The position numbers and the translations under genes were made by a program. From Octopus sinensis (taxonomy: Eukaryota): a stretch of 64,000 bases of DNA. Positions 35,951 through 49,442 of this stretch are shown here, in pieces. A model generated the notes under the pieces. The model saw only the letters and a list, made by a program, of their open reading frames with translations. It did no database searches and was not told where the DNA came from. Position 1 is the stretch's first letter; every line of letters starts with the position of its first letter. Location of the stretch: NCBI RefSeq assembly GCF_006345805.1, contig NC_042998.1:45074001-45138000 (forward strand), in the 5' to 3' direction.

Positions 35951-37924
35951 GATGAAGGGTGATTTTGTGATCTTCTTTCATAAGGGAGGGGCTCTACAGA
36001 GCTTTGTGAAGAAGCTAGAGGGCTGGAGGGAAGGGGTCCTGTACTGAAGACCCGGATTGGCCTCCGCAGGTAACTGTGTTTGTCTCCCCACCACCACTTG
36101 ACAACCAATGTTGGTGTGTTTACATCCCAGTCACTTAGCAGCTTAGCAAAATAGACTGATAGAATAAGTTCTAGGCTTAGATAGAATAAGTCCTGGAGTC
36201 GATTTTTTCAACTAAAAACCCTTTAATGTGGTGCTCCAGCAAGGCTGCAGTCAAATGACTGAAACAAATAAAAAAAAAAAACAGAATAGAATGTAAATGT
36301 ATTGTGTGTGTGTGTTTGTGTGCATGTGTGTGTGTGTATTGTAAATGAAACACTGCCAGTCCTTCCTCTCTCCCACTAGATATCAAACCACTCCCTAATA
36401 ATTCGTACCTCACACTATCACTCCCATCAAAAAGCTCTCTGAAGGAATGAAATGAGAGATGTTAAAGAGGGAAAGAGTGAGTTGTTTCTGCCAATGAAGA
36501 GAGTTATCATATGGCCTATTTTATAAATCACAGCATAATAATATTTTTCGCATAATAATATTTTTCCCCTATGAAAAGTAATGTCTCTATATGTAAACTA
36601 AGCGCAGTGTTCAAAATGGGAGCTTCTACATGGCCATCGGTCTGCTAGAAATAGCAGCCATACCTCTCTCTTAAATCACACCTTAACATCTTAAAGTATA
36701 TCAGTGAACAATAGTTTGTAGCTTACAAAAAGGCAAGAGGATCATGATTGGAACACCTTTCATCACAGGTTTGTTCCATCAGGGCTGATTGGTTGCTAAA
36801 CAACAAGTTTATTTCAAGTCAGTGAGAGAAGGCTTCTAGACAGCTACTTGACTTTCTAGAAATAGCAGCCAAATTTCCCTTAACCCTTAAACATTCAAAT
36901 TATTCTATCAAATATAACACTTATTTATGTACATTATTTGGAATTTATCCTGTATTATCTTGTAGCCTTGAGATTTTGATTATGTGCCATATACTTTTTA
37001 GACTAACATTGTAGGGTAGATGTGAGAGGCTGGATCTGACCAGTTTGTACATATAACAGAATATTTTGACCAGATATGGCCGGTTTAAATGCTCAAGAGT
37101 TAAATCACACTCTACAGTCTTATATAAGGAAAGGACACATTAGATAATGTTTCCTGTACAGTACTGGATCATATATACAGCACTGGATGAGGTCCGGATT
37201 TCTGAATTTTCTGGTTTTCAGGAGACAGCCTAAATATATACTTAAAATATAAAATAAATTATGAAAAGTGAAGTAAATTGCGTTCAACAGATCCAAATCA
37301 ACACAGTTCTAAAGCAGGTTCTGTTTGATATTTATTAATCCACTTAAAATTTTTTAGATATGTCATATTCTATCAAGTATACAGTTTATAGGATGAAAAT
37401 TAAATAAAGAAAATTAATAACATGATTTTATTTTTAAAATGCAAGTACAAATTAACACAATTCTGAAGCAGAGTATATTTAATCTTTATCAATCCAGTTA
37501 GAAAGTAAAGAACAAAGCTGTTTTTAATATGCCATATGCGAAGTTATTTTTAATATGCCATATGCAAATAAACCAAATTCAAAAACAAGATCTGTTTATT
37601 TAATATTGGGTACAGTATATTGCATAGTATTGCGCAATATTCCCAGATAAGAGGTCTAGTACAGTATATACCAAAAATTTTAATACTATATAATTCTTTT
37701 TTGGCATTGTTTGGAACAGTGAGACTCATAGAAAAAGCAGATAAAGCTATAAACAATAGCTTGAAATTATTGGGAGGCAATATTTATCCCCACTTGAAAG
37801 TGAATGTTCTGTCAGAACAAACTACAAGGGGATGCCGAGAAGTTCCTGGCTTTGGGTAAAAGAAAATACAAAAGGATCAGTTAATAAATTCTTATATCAT
37901 TGAAATGATATATATATATATACA

Positions 37925-38320
37925 TGCTCCCTGGTAGATAAAGCAATTAAGGGTATGAAGACAGGAAAAGCCCCTGACCCATCAGGAATCACCGCTGAGA
38001 TGCTTAAAACATCCAGTGGTGTGGGCTATGGCCTAGTCACCCGCATTGTAAACCAGGTAGTTCATGATGGAGTCATACCCAATGACTGGCGCAGCAGCAC
38101 CATAGTCAACTGCTACAAGAGTAAATGTGATGCTCTAGATAGAAATAACTACAGGGGTATCAAACTGCTGGATCAAGTGATGAAGGTCACGGAGAGGGTC
38201 ATACCCCATCTCATCAGGGAGAGAGTCTGCTTAAATGAGATGCAGTTCGGTTTTGTGCCGGGTAGAAGCACCACTGATGCCATATTCCTAATTCAACAAC
38301 TGCAGGAGAAATACCTAGCA
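37925..38320 (+). mobile_element. Internal RTE LINE reverse transcriptase fragment
   Basis: ORF 37955-38386: KTGKAPDPSGITAEMLK...PNDWRSSTIV..YK.K.D...NNYRGIKLL...QFGFVPGRSTTDAIF. Confidence 0.92.
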
Positions 38321-38649
38321 CACATGCATCATGCAAAAAACACTCTGCAGACTGCAAATGTCAATAAAATAGATGTGAAATTTTAAAATTTATTATGTGG
38401 CCCAGTACCAAATGATCCCATATTAGTCCATGGCCCATGTTTGGGGATCTCTGTTCTAGAGGATATTTTCATTTATTTAGTTTTACTGACAATTCACTTA
38501 CTGGTTTATTTTTTACTTGCAATAAAATATTTTGCTTACTATTTTCTAAGTCTAAAATACTTTATTTTAGACAAAAAATTGTCCCTAACTATTCTAATTA
38601 TTTATTTACATATCTATTTATTTATTGTCTTTCTGTTTCTTCTTTTTAG

Positions 38650-38748
38650 AGGAAGGCAATAGTGATTTTCAAAAATTTATTGATCTTCTTGGTGATAGAG
38701 TCAAATTGAAAGATTGGGATCGTTTCAAAGGTGGCCTTGATGTTAAAA
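38650..38748 (+). CDS. GARNL3: GARNL3-like exon, (E)EGNSDFQKFIDLLGDRVKLKDWDRFKGGLDVK
   Basis: Acceptor tttttag|, donor |gtaagt, 99 nt, phase 1/1. F..LLG..V.LK.W..F.GGLD motif. Confidence 0.96.
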
Positions 38749-38771
38749 GTAAGTTTTGATTTAAAACTACT

Positions 38772-39235
38772 TTCTTCTTCTTCTCCTTCTTCTTCTCCTT
38801 CTTCTTCTCCTTCTTCTTCTCCTTCTCCTTCTTCTTCTTCCTCCTCTTCTTCTTCTTCTACCTTTCTTCCTTCTCCTCTCCTTCTGTTTCTCTTCTTCTT
38901 CTTCTTCTTCTCCTTCTTCTTCTCCTTCTTCTTCTTCTTCTCTTCTACCTTTCTTCCTTCTGTTTCTCTTCTTCTTCTTCTACCTTTCTTCCTTCCCCTC
39001 TCCTTCTGCTTCTCTTCTTCTTCTTCTTCTCCTTCTTCTTCTTCTTCTTCTACCTTTCTTCCTTCTCCTCTCCTGTTTCTCTTCTTCTTTTCTTCTTCTT
39101 CTTCTTCTTCTTCTTCTTCTCCTTCTTCTTCTTCTTCTTTATCTTCTTCTTCGTCTTCTACCTTTCTTCCTTCTCCTCTCCTTCTGTTTCTCCTTCTCCT
39201 CTCCTTCTGTTTCTCTTTCTCCTCCTCTTCTTTTT
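38772..39235. repeat. (CTT/CTC)n pyrimidine tract with a recurring CTACCTTTCTTCCTTC unit, starting 24 nt after the exon donor
   Basis: Direct inspection. Confidence 0.9.
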
Positions 39236-41394
39236 CCCATCCTGTGTATTTTAGCTGCACCCACTAGTTTTTTTCTATACTTCTGAAAGAGATTGACTTC
39301 ATAATGTTTTACTCTCGTCCTTCTTAACTTCGCTTTTCCTACTCGTTCCATTTCTCTCCTTGTTTTCATATTTAATCTCAATCATTGTTACTTCTAATAT
39401 ACACAATTTTTTTTTTTACCTTTATAGATTTCAAATCTTTCACTTTTCATTTCTATTTCACATTACTTAGCAAATCCATCAAAGTTGATCTCACATTCAT
39501 GTCTAGAGCAGCTAAATCTTGACAACCCTCCAAAAAGCTAAACTTTTCTCTTTCTTCTAATTTTCAATGACTTGGAAATAGTTTGGTAAAAAGAAGAAAA
39601 ATCAATTTTTCTTCTTTTTACTTATATTTTTCTTATATTTTTCCAGCAATTACTGTTGTCATATTTTTATTTACAATGTCATAAAATATGTGTGTATCTT
39701 TTAAATGCTGTTCTTGATCAAGTTTGATATCCACTTCTTGTACATCAAGTTTCACTTTCATTTTTGTTCTTTTTGTTGTTGTGCATTCTTCTTCTTGTCA
39801 TAGTAATTGGAAAGTAGAAATAAGCAGATGTATATCATGTGTATGCATTGTGTATATATCTGTTTGTATATGTGTGTGTGATATATGTATCTATGTTTGT
39901 ATGCATATTCTTGTAGGTATGTGGCAATGTGTATAATTGTATAAATATGTATGTGTGTTCGTGTATGAGTTATGTGTGCATGTTTGCATGTGTGTTTGTA
40001 TGTACATGTCAATGGATGTGACTGTATATGTGTAAGCATGTTTGTGTGCATGTGTTATAGGTGCACATGTTTGTATGTATGCTTTGTGTTTGTGCGTGTG
40101 TTGCATGTATGCCGTGTGTATGAGTATGTGTGCATATTTGTGTGTGTATGTATGTTTGTATGTATGTTTGTTATTGTGTACATACTTGTGTGTGTCTTTC
40201 TGCATGTTTATGTGCAAGTGTATATGTATATGTGCTTGAACGCTAGTATGCAGGTGTGTGTGTGTGTCTACTGAAACAAAAACACCATATCATACCAAAT
40301 TTCAATGTTGGAGAACAGACAAGGAAAACAATTAAGACAAGAAAATATATTAAAGAAACATTAAAGAGATCCACACATCAAAATATTAATAAAAAAAAAC
40401 TAAATCAAATTGATATTTTATAAAAGTTTAATATACCAAACTAAGATGTATTAAAAATATATTAATAAAATGTTTATAACTGTAATTGAAAAAGATTCCT
40501 CATTGAGAAATTTCGGAGCTTGCTTTTCATTTGTTATAATCATGAAATTATATTTTATTGCAAAAATCAAGGAAGACAGACACATATACCTTCATATGTG
40601 TGTGTGTGTGTGTGTAAATGATTAATATAAGGTGTGGATTCAGAGAATCCTGTGATTATCACAGAAAGCTCCTCTTACAGACTTGGCTAGCAGTCCAATA
40701 TAAAGGAGTGTAATGAAGAGCATCTATCTATACAACTAAAATCCAAAAGATCTAATCAATAAAATTTTTGCTGCCTTTACCATCCTAATAATAATGGTGT
40801 CTGGTTTAAGCACAAGGCCAGCAATTTTTCAGTAGAAGGGGTAGGTCTATACCGTCAGCCTCAGAACTTCATTTTATTGACCTTAGACAGATGAAAGGCA
40901 AAGCTGTTCTCAGTAGGATTTGAACATAGAAATAAAGAGCCAGTACGAATAATCACAAAGCTCTTTTTCTGATGTTCTAATGATTCCACCAGTTCTCTGC
41001 CTTAATAATATTTTTGAAAAACTTAGATAAATAATAAAAATTCATGTGAATAACCTTAACAGAATAACACTTTGGTCTTTGTTTGTTCATTTTGTTTCCA
41101 AGAAGCTTGTCTATTTTTAACCATACACCCTATCTCATTCCTCATACCAAATTTACATCTAATTAATGTAAAACAAAAGAGAGAGTATTAATTCTGTGTT
41201 CAAGAAAATTATGTTATAAGCTTTCATAATTGTTATTTTAGTAATGTATCTGGCTATAAAAGTAATATGTTGCTTTGATACTTCCATTGTTTTCCTTTAA
41301 TAGACACTCACACATAGACTCATACACATAAACACACTCACACATATGAATATATATACATGTATGTATATATATATATATATATAATATATAT

Positions 41395-41455
<61 letters not shown>

Positions 41456-41667
41456 GCATGTATAGATGTATATACACACACACATATATATGCACATAAA
41501 TATATACATACACACATACAGATATATATACTTATATATACACATACATACATGTATGTTTATATATATGTATATATAATATGTATACATATATGTGTGT
41601 GTGTGCATGTATACGCAAAAATATATATATGTATATGATATATATATGTATACATATACATATATAT

Positions 41668-41708
<41 letters not shown>

Positions 41709-41746
41709 CATACATACATGCATACATACATACACTTATATGTATA

Positions 41747-43745
41747 TCATTATCATCATCATCATCGTTTAACGTCTGTTTTCCATGCTGGCATGGGTTG
41801 GACAGTTTGACTGTGGTCTGGAGAGACAGCAGCTACACAAGGTTCCAATCTGATCTGGCAATGTTTCTACAGCTGAATGCCCTTCCTAATACCAACCACT
41901 CTGAGTGTAGTGGGTGCTTTTTACATGCCACCAGCACAGGAGCCAGTCAGGTGGGCCTGACATCAATCACATTCAGATGGTGCTTTTTATGTGCCACCGG
42001 CACAAGAACCAGTCAGTGAGTACTGGCATTGGCCACGTTCGGCTGTACTTTTTACATGCCACCAGCATGGGAGCCAATCAGATGGACCTGGCATCGACCA
42101 TGTTTGGCAGGTGCTTTTTACATGCCACCGGCTTGGGAGCTAGTCTGTGGGTACTGGCATCAGCCACGTTCAGTTGGTGCTTTTTACATTCCACCAGCAT
42201 GGGAGACAGTCAGGTGGACCTGGCATCATCCACATTCGGATGACGTTTTTTACGTGCCACCTACATGGGAGCCAGTCAGAGGTCACTGGCTACAGCTACA
42301 ATATTGGTTTTACTTGACTCAACAGGTCTTCTCAAGCATATCATATCACCTGACACATCAAGGGTATTCTTAACAGGGCTGGACATGCATGGATGCGATC
42401 TCACTTTAGTTGCCGGGTCTTCTCAATCACAGCATATCTCCAAAGGTCCCAGTCTCCTGTCATTGCCTCTGTGAGGCCCAATGTTCGAATGTCATGCTTC
42501 ACCACCTCATCCCATGTCCTCCTGAATCTACCTCTTTCTCAGGTTCCTTCTACACTTAGGGAATGACACTTCCTCATACAGCTGTCTTCATTCATATGTA
42601 ACACATGACCATACCAGCACAGACGCCTCTCTTGCACAACACATTTGATGCTTCTTATGCCCAACTTTTCTCTCAGGGTACTTACACTCTGTCATATGCA
42701 TACTGATATTACACATCCAGCGGATCATACTAGCTTCATTTCTTTCAAGCCTATGTATGTTCTCAGCATTCATGGCCTATGTTTCACTGCCATGTAGCAT
42801 GGCAGTTCGCACACATGCATCATACAGTCTGCCTTTCACCCTGAGCAAGAGGTTCTTAGTTGCCAGGAGAAGTAGGAGCTCCCTTAACTTTGCCCAGGAT
42901 ATTCTTACTCTAGTCACTACACTCTCAGAGCAGCCACCCCCACTACACACTTGGTCGCCTAGGTAGTGGAATCTATTAACTACTTCTAGTTTCTCCCCTG
43001 GCATGTGAAGGAATCTGTTTTCTGTACATCTTCAGTGTTTATTGCCTCAGTGCATCTGCCACATACAAAAACTATTTTCCCGGTTAACCTTCCTTTGATA
43101 TTGCTGCACCTTTTATGTGTCCATAGCTTTCACTGGGTACATATTATGGAGTTTCTACGCATGCCTTTTCTACAGATTGAGCAAAGCCATCCACCTGAAG
43201 GGGGTTGTGATTTGACAGCCTTCCTACTTACTAAAACTTTGGTTTTTGCTAAGTTAACCCTAAGGCCCTTTGATTCTTGACCTTGCTTCCACACCCTAAA
43301 CTTCATCTCCAGTTCTGGCAGTGACTCAGCTATTAGAGCAAGGTCATCACCATAGAGGAGCTCCCAAGGGCAGCCTGTCATAAATTCCTCTGTTATTGCC
43401 TGGAGGATTATAATGAATAAGAGGGGGCTGGGGATTGATCCTTGGTGAACTCCTACTTGAAATTCTTCACTATACTCGTTGCCAACTCTCACCTTACTGA
43501 CAGCATCCCTGTACAGGGTTGTACAGCTCTTATCAGCCACTCATCTATCCCCAGTTCCCACATTGACCACTAGATAAGGGATCGGGGGGGAGGGGAGTCC
43601 CTGTCAAAGGCTTTCTCCAAGTCATCAAAAGCCAAGTACAGAGGTTTATCTTTGGCTAGGTATTTCTCCTGAAGTTGCCTTACCAGAAATATAGCATCAG
43701 TGGTGCTTCTGCCTGGCACAAAACCAAACAACATCTCATCTAGGC
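41747..43745 (-). mobile_element. 5'-truncated RTE-clade LINE (RT pseudogene, 3' UTR, (GAT)n tail)
   Basis: FGFVPGRSTTDAIF..DLEKAFDR..GVHQGS.PSPLLF..ELLYGDDLALIA..RVNLAKTKV..F.YLGD..MLHGSET..RLERNEASM.RWMCN, with stops and frameshifts. Same 3' UTR family as 7148-8149. Confidence 0.93.
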
Positions 43746-43746
43746 T

Positions 43747-43870
43747 AAACACTGCCAGATCTGACTGGGCCTGATGCAGCCTTCCGGCTTCACAGACCCC
43801 AGTTGAACCGTCCAACCCATGCTAGCATGGAAACGGACACTAAATGATGATGATGATGATGATGATGATG
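43747..43870 (+). mobile_element. RTE 3' terminal ~100 nt plus (GAT)n, joined head-to-head to the minus-strand RTE
   Basis: AAACACTGCCAGATCTGACTGG...CCAACCCATGCTAGCATGGAAACGGACAC(TGA)n. Similar short tails occur at about 3420-3500, 33490-33785 and 53830-54085. Confidence 0.85.
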
Positions 43871-43875
43871 ATTAG

Positions 43876-44122
43876 AAGAAATAAGGTACTCAGAAATCTG
43901 GATGGTTTTATATTTACAGATTTTTATTAATATGTCACATGTTTTAATAAATCATATCTTAGCGCTTGCACCTACTCTAGTAGAATCTCCAGATTTGAAT
44001 GTCTATTGGAGATTCTACTAGAGTAGATGCAAGTGCTAACATATGATTTATTAAAACATGTGACATATTAATAAAAATCTGTAAATATAAAACCATCCAG
44101 ATTTCTGAGTACATTATTTCTT
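43876..44122. repeat. Fold-back inverted repeat (116-bp arms, 15-nt loop)
   Basis: 43876-43991 versus 44007-44122, with few mismatches. Confidence 0.92.
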
Positions 44123-44159
44123 ATAATATATAATACCTGTACATTACCTCCAAACCTTC

Positions 44160-44214
<55 letters not shown>

Positions 44215-44577
44215 AGCATGGGCAATGGACATTTGATGATGATGATGATGATGATATACCAATGTATGTGTGTGTATATAATATGTAACATATACACAAA
44301 CACACATACACAAAGTATCCCTTGGATGGAAAAAGAGGCAGAAAGCCAATTGTGGGACTTGAACCATGTATCTGCCATGTTCCACTTATTTGCAACAAAG
44401 TGATTCTGTTTTTTAAGCCATTGCTTTATGACATTATTTATAGCTGCTTTCACATCTGAGAAATATTATCCCATAGACATAGTTTCATATTTGTCAAAGC
44501 TTCTAAAATCATGTTCTAAAAGTACATATATGTACATGTGCATGTGTGTGTGTAGTTGTTTGTGTGTATACCTCTGT

Positions 44578-44648
<71 letters not shown>

Positions 44649-45079
44649 TGTGTGTGTCATGTGCAAACAGGAAAACAGAACTTAAAACATGAGAATGTAT
44701 ATTTTTTTCAGGGCCAAGAGTTTTGTACATTGGCACTTATCAAACTTCATAAATGTCAATGTATGAAACGCTTGTGTGTACATATATATATATAGTGATT
44801 GAGGTGTTGCACTCATAATTGTGAGATCGTGGGTTCAATTCCCAGACCGGGTGTTGCATTCTGTTCTTGAGCAAAGCCCTTCGTTTCGTGTTGTTCTGTG
44901 ATCATTTCAACATCTGACATGTGGCACCCATTGCACCTGTGCAGGTAATGTCGATCTGATGGAGGGAGTGTGCTTATGTCTAAACAAATATTTGATCACT
45001 ATAAACAAATCATCTGTGTGGTTGTTTGGCAAGAAATTGTCAAGCCCTCATACATCATCTTACAACAGGAGAGTTCATA

Positions 45080-45115
<36 letters not shown>

Positions 45116-45189
45116 GATATATGCAAGTGAATGTACAAATGGTAAAAAGTTGGACTAAACAAATTTCACTAAAGTTAAATGTATTTAAA

Positions 45190-47120
45190 TAACAATTTCA
45201 CAAAACTTCACATTGTTTTGGACACAACCATTTCATCAGTACCATGGTCGCTAACTAGTTCCATAGCATTGAGAATAAAGCAACTTGCTAGTTCACCCTG
45301 CTCAATGAAATCTTTTCTCCTGAAGGACCCCAACTTTGGTAAACAATTGACTGTAATTAGTGACCTCAATATTAGAATCATTATGAGCATTAGAAAGTCA
45401 CACCTTTTTCATTATGATTCCTGCTAGATAAAACAAAAATGGCCCAATTTCTGACTTATCCACAAGGAGCTATGACCGGACTGAGATAGCTGAACTCATC
45501 AGATTGTTTGTCTTAGATACCCACAAAAAATGTATTCACCCTAAACAGTTTGGCACCATATGGGAATGATGGTTTGGTAAATTCAAGCCATATGGATGAC
45601 TATGCCATGGAAAAGTTCTGGGAAAATCTTAGGAACATCTTCAGAGAATTCAACCTCACTAGGCACAGATATGGATATGTGGAAAGAAGATTGCTTCCCA
45701 CCTATACGGTTCTGAGTTAAGTCCCACTGCATGCCACTTTGGACAAGTGTCTCCTACTATAATCTGAGCTGAACCAAAACATTATGAGTAGATTAGATAG
45801 ATGGAAACTGAAAGTATATATGCACATATCTGTGTGTGTCTTTGTGTTAGTGTTTGTCCCCAACCAATGCTTGACACCCTTGACAGCCAGTGTTGGTTTA
45901 TTTACCTCCTTGTAATTTAGTGGATCAGCAAAAGAAACCAATAGAATAAGTACCAGGCTTTTAAAATATATATTGGGGTTGATTCATTCAACTAAAACCA
46001 TTCAAGACAAAGTTACAAGGGCTGCAATCCAATGATTAAAACAAGTAAAAGATAACTATAGGTATTATGTCTAGATTAACAAGAGTCAACTTCTTGAACG
46101 TAACTATAGACCACAAAACAGGCAAGTACTACCATTGTGTAAAGCCCAGCAAGTAAAATGATGACAGTCAAATTATTCCAACAACAACCTACCAACACCA
46201 CCACCAGTTGTAATTGGAAACTTAGTCTCATTCATCAACAGAAGAATCCCAAATCTATCAGGAGACAGGACTACTCACCATTTGAAAAAGATATTAATGA
46301 GGTGTGGCTTCACTGATAAATTAGTGTATACAAAGAATCTCCAACCGCACCCCTCAAACCTGAAGAGAGCTACAGAGAGAAAGGAAATCTGGTTTAATCC
46401 TCCATCCAATTTAATGATTTCTACAAATACAGTGGGGAGTTTCCTGACCTTAATTAAGAAGCACTTCTGAAGACCCATAAATATCATATATTCTTTCATT
46501 TCCATAACATCAAGGTCTGTTACACATTCTTAGATAATATCACTTTCAACATTGCATGTTGCAACCGATGCAAATTCACGCCCACACAGTCTACATCCTG
46601 CGCTGCAATCTGTAACTGCTTAAATCCTACCAATTATATATTTGGAGGACCCTTCTTCTCAAAGGCTGTGGTTTATAGAGCCACCTTAACAGCATCCAGA
46701 GACACTACATGGACATGACAGTCAATGACCTTACTCATGTCAGCCATGCAAACTCATTTGTAACCCGACACCACGAAACTGGTTACACCATGTGATAATT
46801 GTAGTTACTAAAAATACAACAACCTACGGAATGATGACTAAGTGACTAAATGGCATCAACATCTTTCTGCTGCACCATGTGCAATATCCAATGCAAACAA
46901 ATGATGTAGCTAATGCCAACAATTCAACAACATCTTGTCTGCATCATGTGGACCTCATAATAAAATAACTGATATCACTATGATAGCAAAAACAACCATG
47001 TGACCTAAATTGACCAACAGACTAAAAAACATGAAGGAATTTTAAATTTATTTTAAATTTTCTTCTTTCTGTCACTAACATCTGACGAGGTGGATGTGTC
47101 CTATGCACACTCTAAGTAAT
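45190..47120 (+). mobile_element. Decayed Penelope-like element (RT plus GIY-YIG), interrupted by a SINE at about 45665-46040
   Basis: ISDLNIRIIMSIRKSHLFH; RSYDRTEIAELIRLFVL (like GSYDGAEICELVGL); YGNDGL (like YRDDGL); VNFLNVT; EIWFNPP..TNTVGSFLTLIKKHF; CNC..SKAVVYRATL; RHYMDMT (GIY-YIG). Ends in a hammerhead-like motif before a TA-rich microsatellite. Confidence 0.82.
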
Positions 47121-47310
47121 GCATATGTGTGTATGTATATGTGTGTGTGTGCATGTGTTTATATATAGATAGATATACATTCATATACACATGTGGGTGT
47201 GGGTGAGTGTGTGTGTATGTGTATATATATATGTATGTATGTATATATACACACATACATATACATAGAGGGACAGGTCAAAAGTCATGCACCAAAATAG
47301 TTGACATTTA

Positions 47311-47360
<50 letters not shown>

Positions 47361-47572
47361 TATTATTATTATATTATTATTATCATTATTATTATCATTA
47401 TTATTATTATTATTATTATTATCATCCATTTTATTCATCATGTACAAGTATGTGTATTCATCATTATTTTATTTACTTTATTCAATTTTAGAAGAAAAGA
47501 TATATATACAATATATTTGAATAAATTTTAATCTTGGTGTGTGACTTTTGGTCCACACTATATGTATGTGTT

Positions 47573-47632
<60 letters not shown>

Positions 47633-47719
47633 GACAGATATACAAACAGACACATAGATAGATATAGACAGAGATATATTCATATGTATGTGTATGTAAA
47701 TAGATACATAGATGTGTGT

Positions 47720-47795
<76 letters not shown>

Positions 47796-47816
47796 GTGTT
47801 CATATACATACAGATA

Positions 47817-49087
47817 TCAGATTGAGTAAAAAGTAAGCAATGTTTTGAACCATAAAGAATTTGTACCAGATTTTTGCAGAGCTTTGAAATTTTTTTTTTT
47901 AAGCATTTTTTTGCAATTGTCTGATAATACACACATAGACTTGCCCAAATGCATTAATAAATTAACATTGATATTTTTTCACCATTGTTACAATTATCTG
48001 AAACAGAACTATCAAAGGCACGATATTCGAGATATTTTGCTATTCAACAAAAGGACGTAAAGCAGCTGAAGCTGCTCGTGATATCAACAAAACATTTGGT
48101 GAGGAAATGACCAGTGAGTGATCAGCTCAAAAGTGGTTTAAACAATTTCGCAGTGGAGACCTGTGCCTTGAAGATCATGGACGCCCATCTGCCCTCAATG
48201 ACAATCAATTAAAAATCATCATTGAGAAAGATCCACATAAAACCACTTGAGAACTGGCAAAAGAACTTCAAGTTAGCCAGAAAACTACCTGCAAATATTT
48301 GCATGCAATTGGAAAATCAAAAAAGCTCAACAAATGGGTACTACACAATTTGAATGAAAATCAGAAAATGCACAGATATGAAATTTGTTTGTCACTTCTT
48401 CTCCATAACCAGATCAATCTATTTCTCAACTGCATTGTAACTTATGATAGAAAGTGGATTCTGTACAATAATAAAAAATGTTCTTCACTTTGGTTGGACC
48501 ATAATGAAGCACTGAAAACCTTCCCTAAATCTGAGTTCTTCAAAAAGAAGGTTATGGTGAATGTTTGGTGGTGTACTGCTGGACTCATCCACTATAACTT
48601 CTTAAAACCTGGAAAAACCATTACTGCAGAAACATATTGCCATGAAATTGCCAAAATGAATGAAAATCTGCTACTCTTCCATCCCAGATTGGTCAACAGA
48701 AGAGGGCCAATCATTCTTCATGTTAGTGCTCAACTACACTTTTTACTAATGACACTCCAGAAGTTGAGAGAACTTGGCTACAAAGTTCTTCCCCACCCAG
48801 CTTATTCCCCAGGCCTTTTCCTTGCAGCTACCCCTTTTTCAAGCACCTTGATGGTTTCCTGCAAGAGAAGGAGTTCAAAAATCAAAGTGATGATGAAAGT
48901 GCTTTCAAAGATTCAATCAGCTCCAGAACTCCAGATTTTTATGTTACTGGAATAAACAAACTTGTAACTCGTTGGCAAAAATGTGTTGATTTTAATGGTA
49001 CTTACTTTGATGAATAAAATTTCCACATTGGTGGATGAATTTAATTAATTTCGTGTTTCAAAACGTTGGTTACTTTTTACTGTCTGA
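47817..49087 (+). mobile_element. Near full-length mariner element (about 1.27 kb) with inactivated transposase
   Basis: TA-flanked TIRs TCAGATTGAGTAAAAAGTAAGCAATGTTTTGAA / TTCAAAACGTTGGTTACTTTTTACTGTCTGA. Motifs KAAEAARDIN..FG, KWFKQFRSGD, WVLHNL (WVPHEL), IVTYDRKW, LHVSA (HDNA lost), HPAYSPGL. Stops and frameshifts present. Confidence 0.93.
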
Positions 49088-49338
49088 TAGATAGATGTGT
49101 GTGTGTGTACGTGTGTGTTTGTGCATGCATGCATACGTGTGTGTATTAATGATATATAACCAAATGTTTCGTTGATATCACGCGCACGCGTGTGTGTGCA
49201 TGCATGCATGCGTGTGTGTGTTAATGATATATAAATAATTTCTTTTGTTTAGTATGATAATGTTTGCTTTTTTAATATTTTGGATTTTGATTTCACATTT
49301 CTTGCAATGTTATCCTCAATGCTATTGTCATATTCCAG

Positions 49339-49442
49339 CTGACAGCACAGGAACAGAATCAAGATATGTCATCTACGAAGGCCATGAAATTATGTTTCAC
49401 GTATCCACCTTACTTCCATACTCCCCAGACAACAGGCAGCAG
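49339..49442 (+). CDS. GARNL3: GARNL3-like exon, (T)[34 protein letters not shown]
   Basis: Acceptor ttccag|, donor |gttcgt (weak), 104 nt, phase 1/0. [11 protein letters not shown] motif. Confidence 0.96.

Noticed and set aside
38646-39267. 204-aa Glu/Lys-rich and 178-aa Ser/Phe-rich ORFs
   Set aside because: They are translations of a (CTT/CTC)n tract. The real coding sequence here is the 99-nt exon at 38650-38748.
43876-44122. Hammerhead motif in the fourth fold-back (also checked in 27627-27868)
   Set aside because: Only partial cores are visible (GCAAGCGCTA; CTGACGAA with no matching GAAA). This is not enough to call a ribozyme, so they are kept as inverted repeats only.
48299-48955. 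218-aa ORF as an active or domesticated transposase
   Set aside because: The second catalytic Asp is lost (HVSA), the YSPDL region is frameshifted, and the upstream HTH region has stops.
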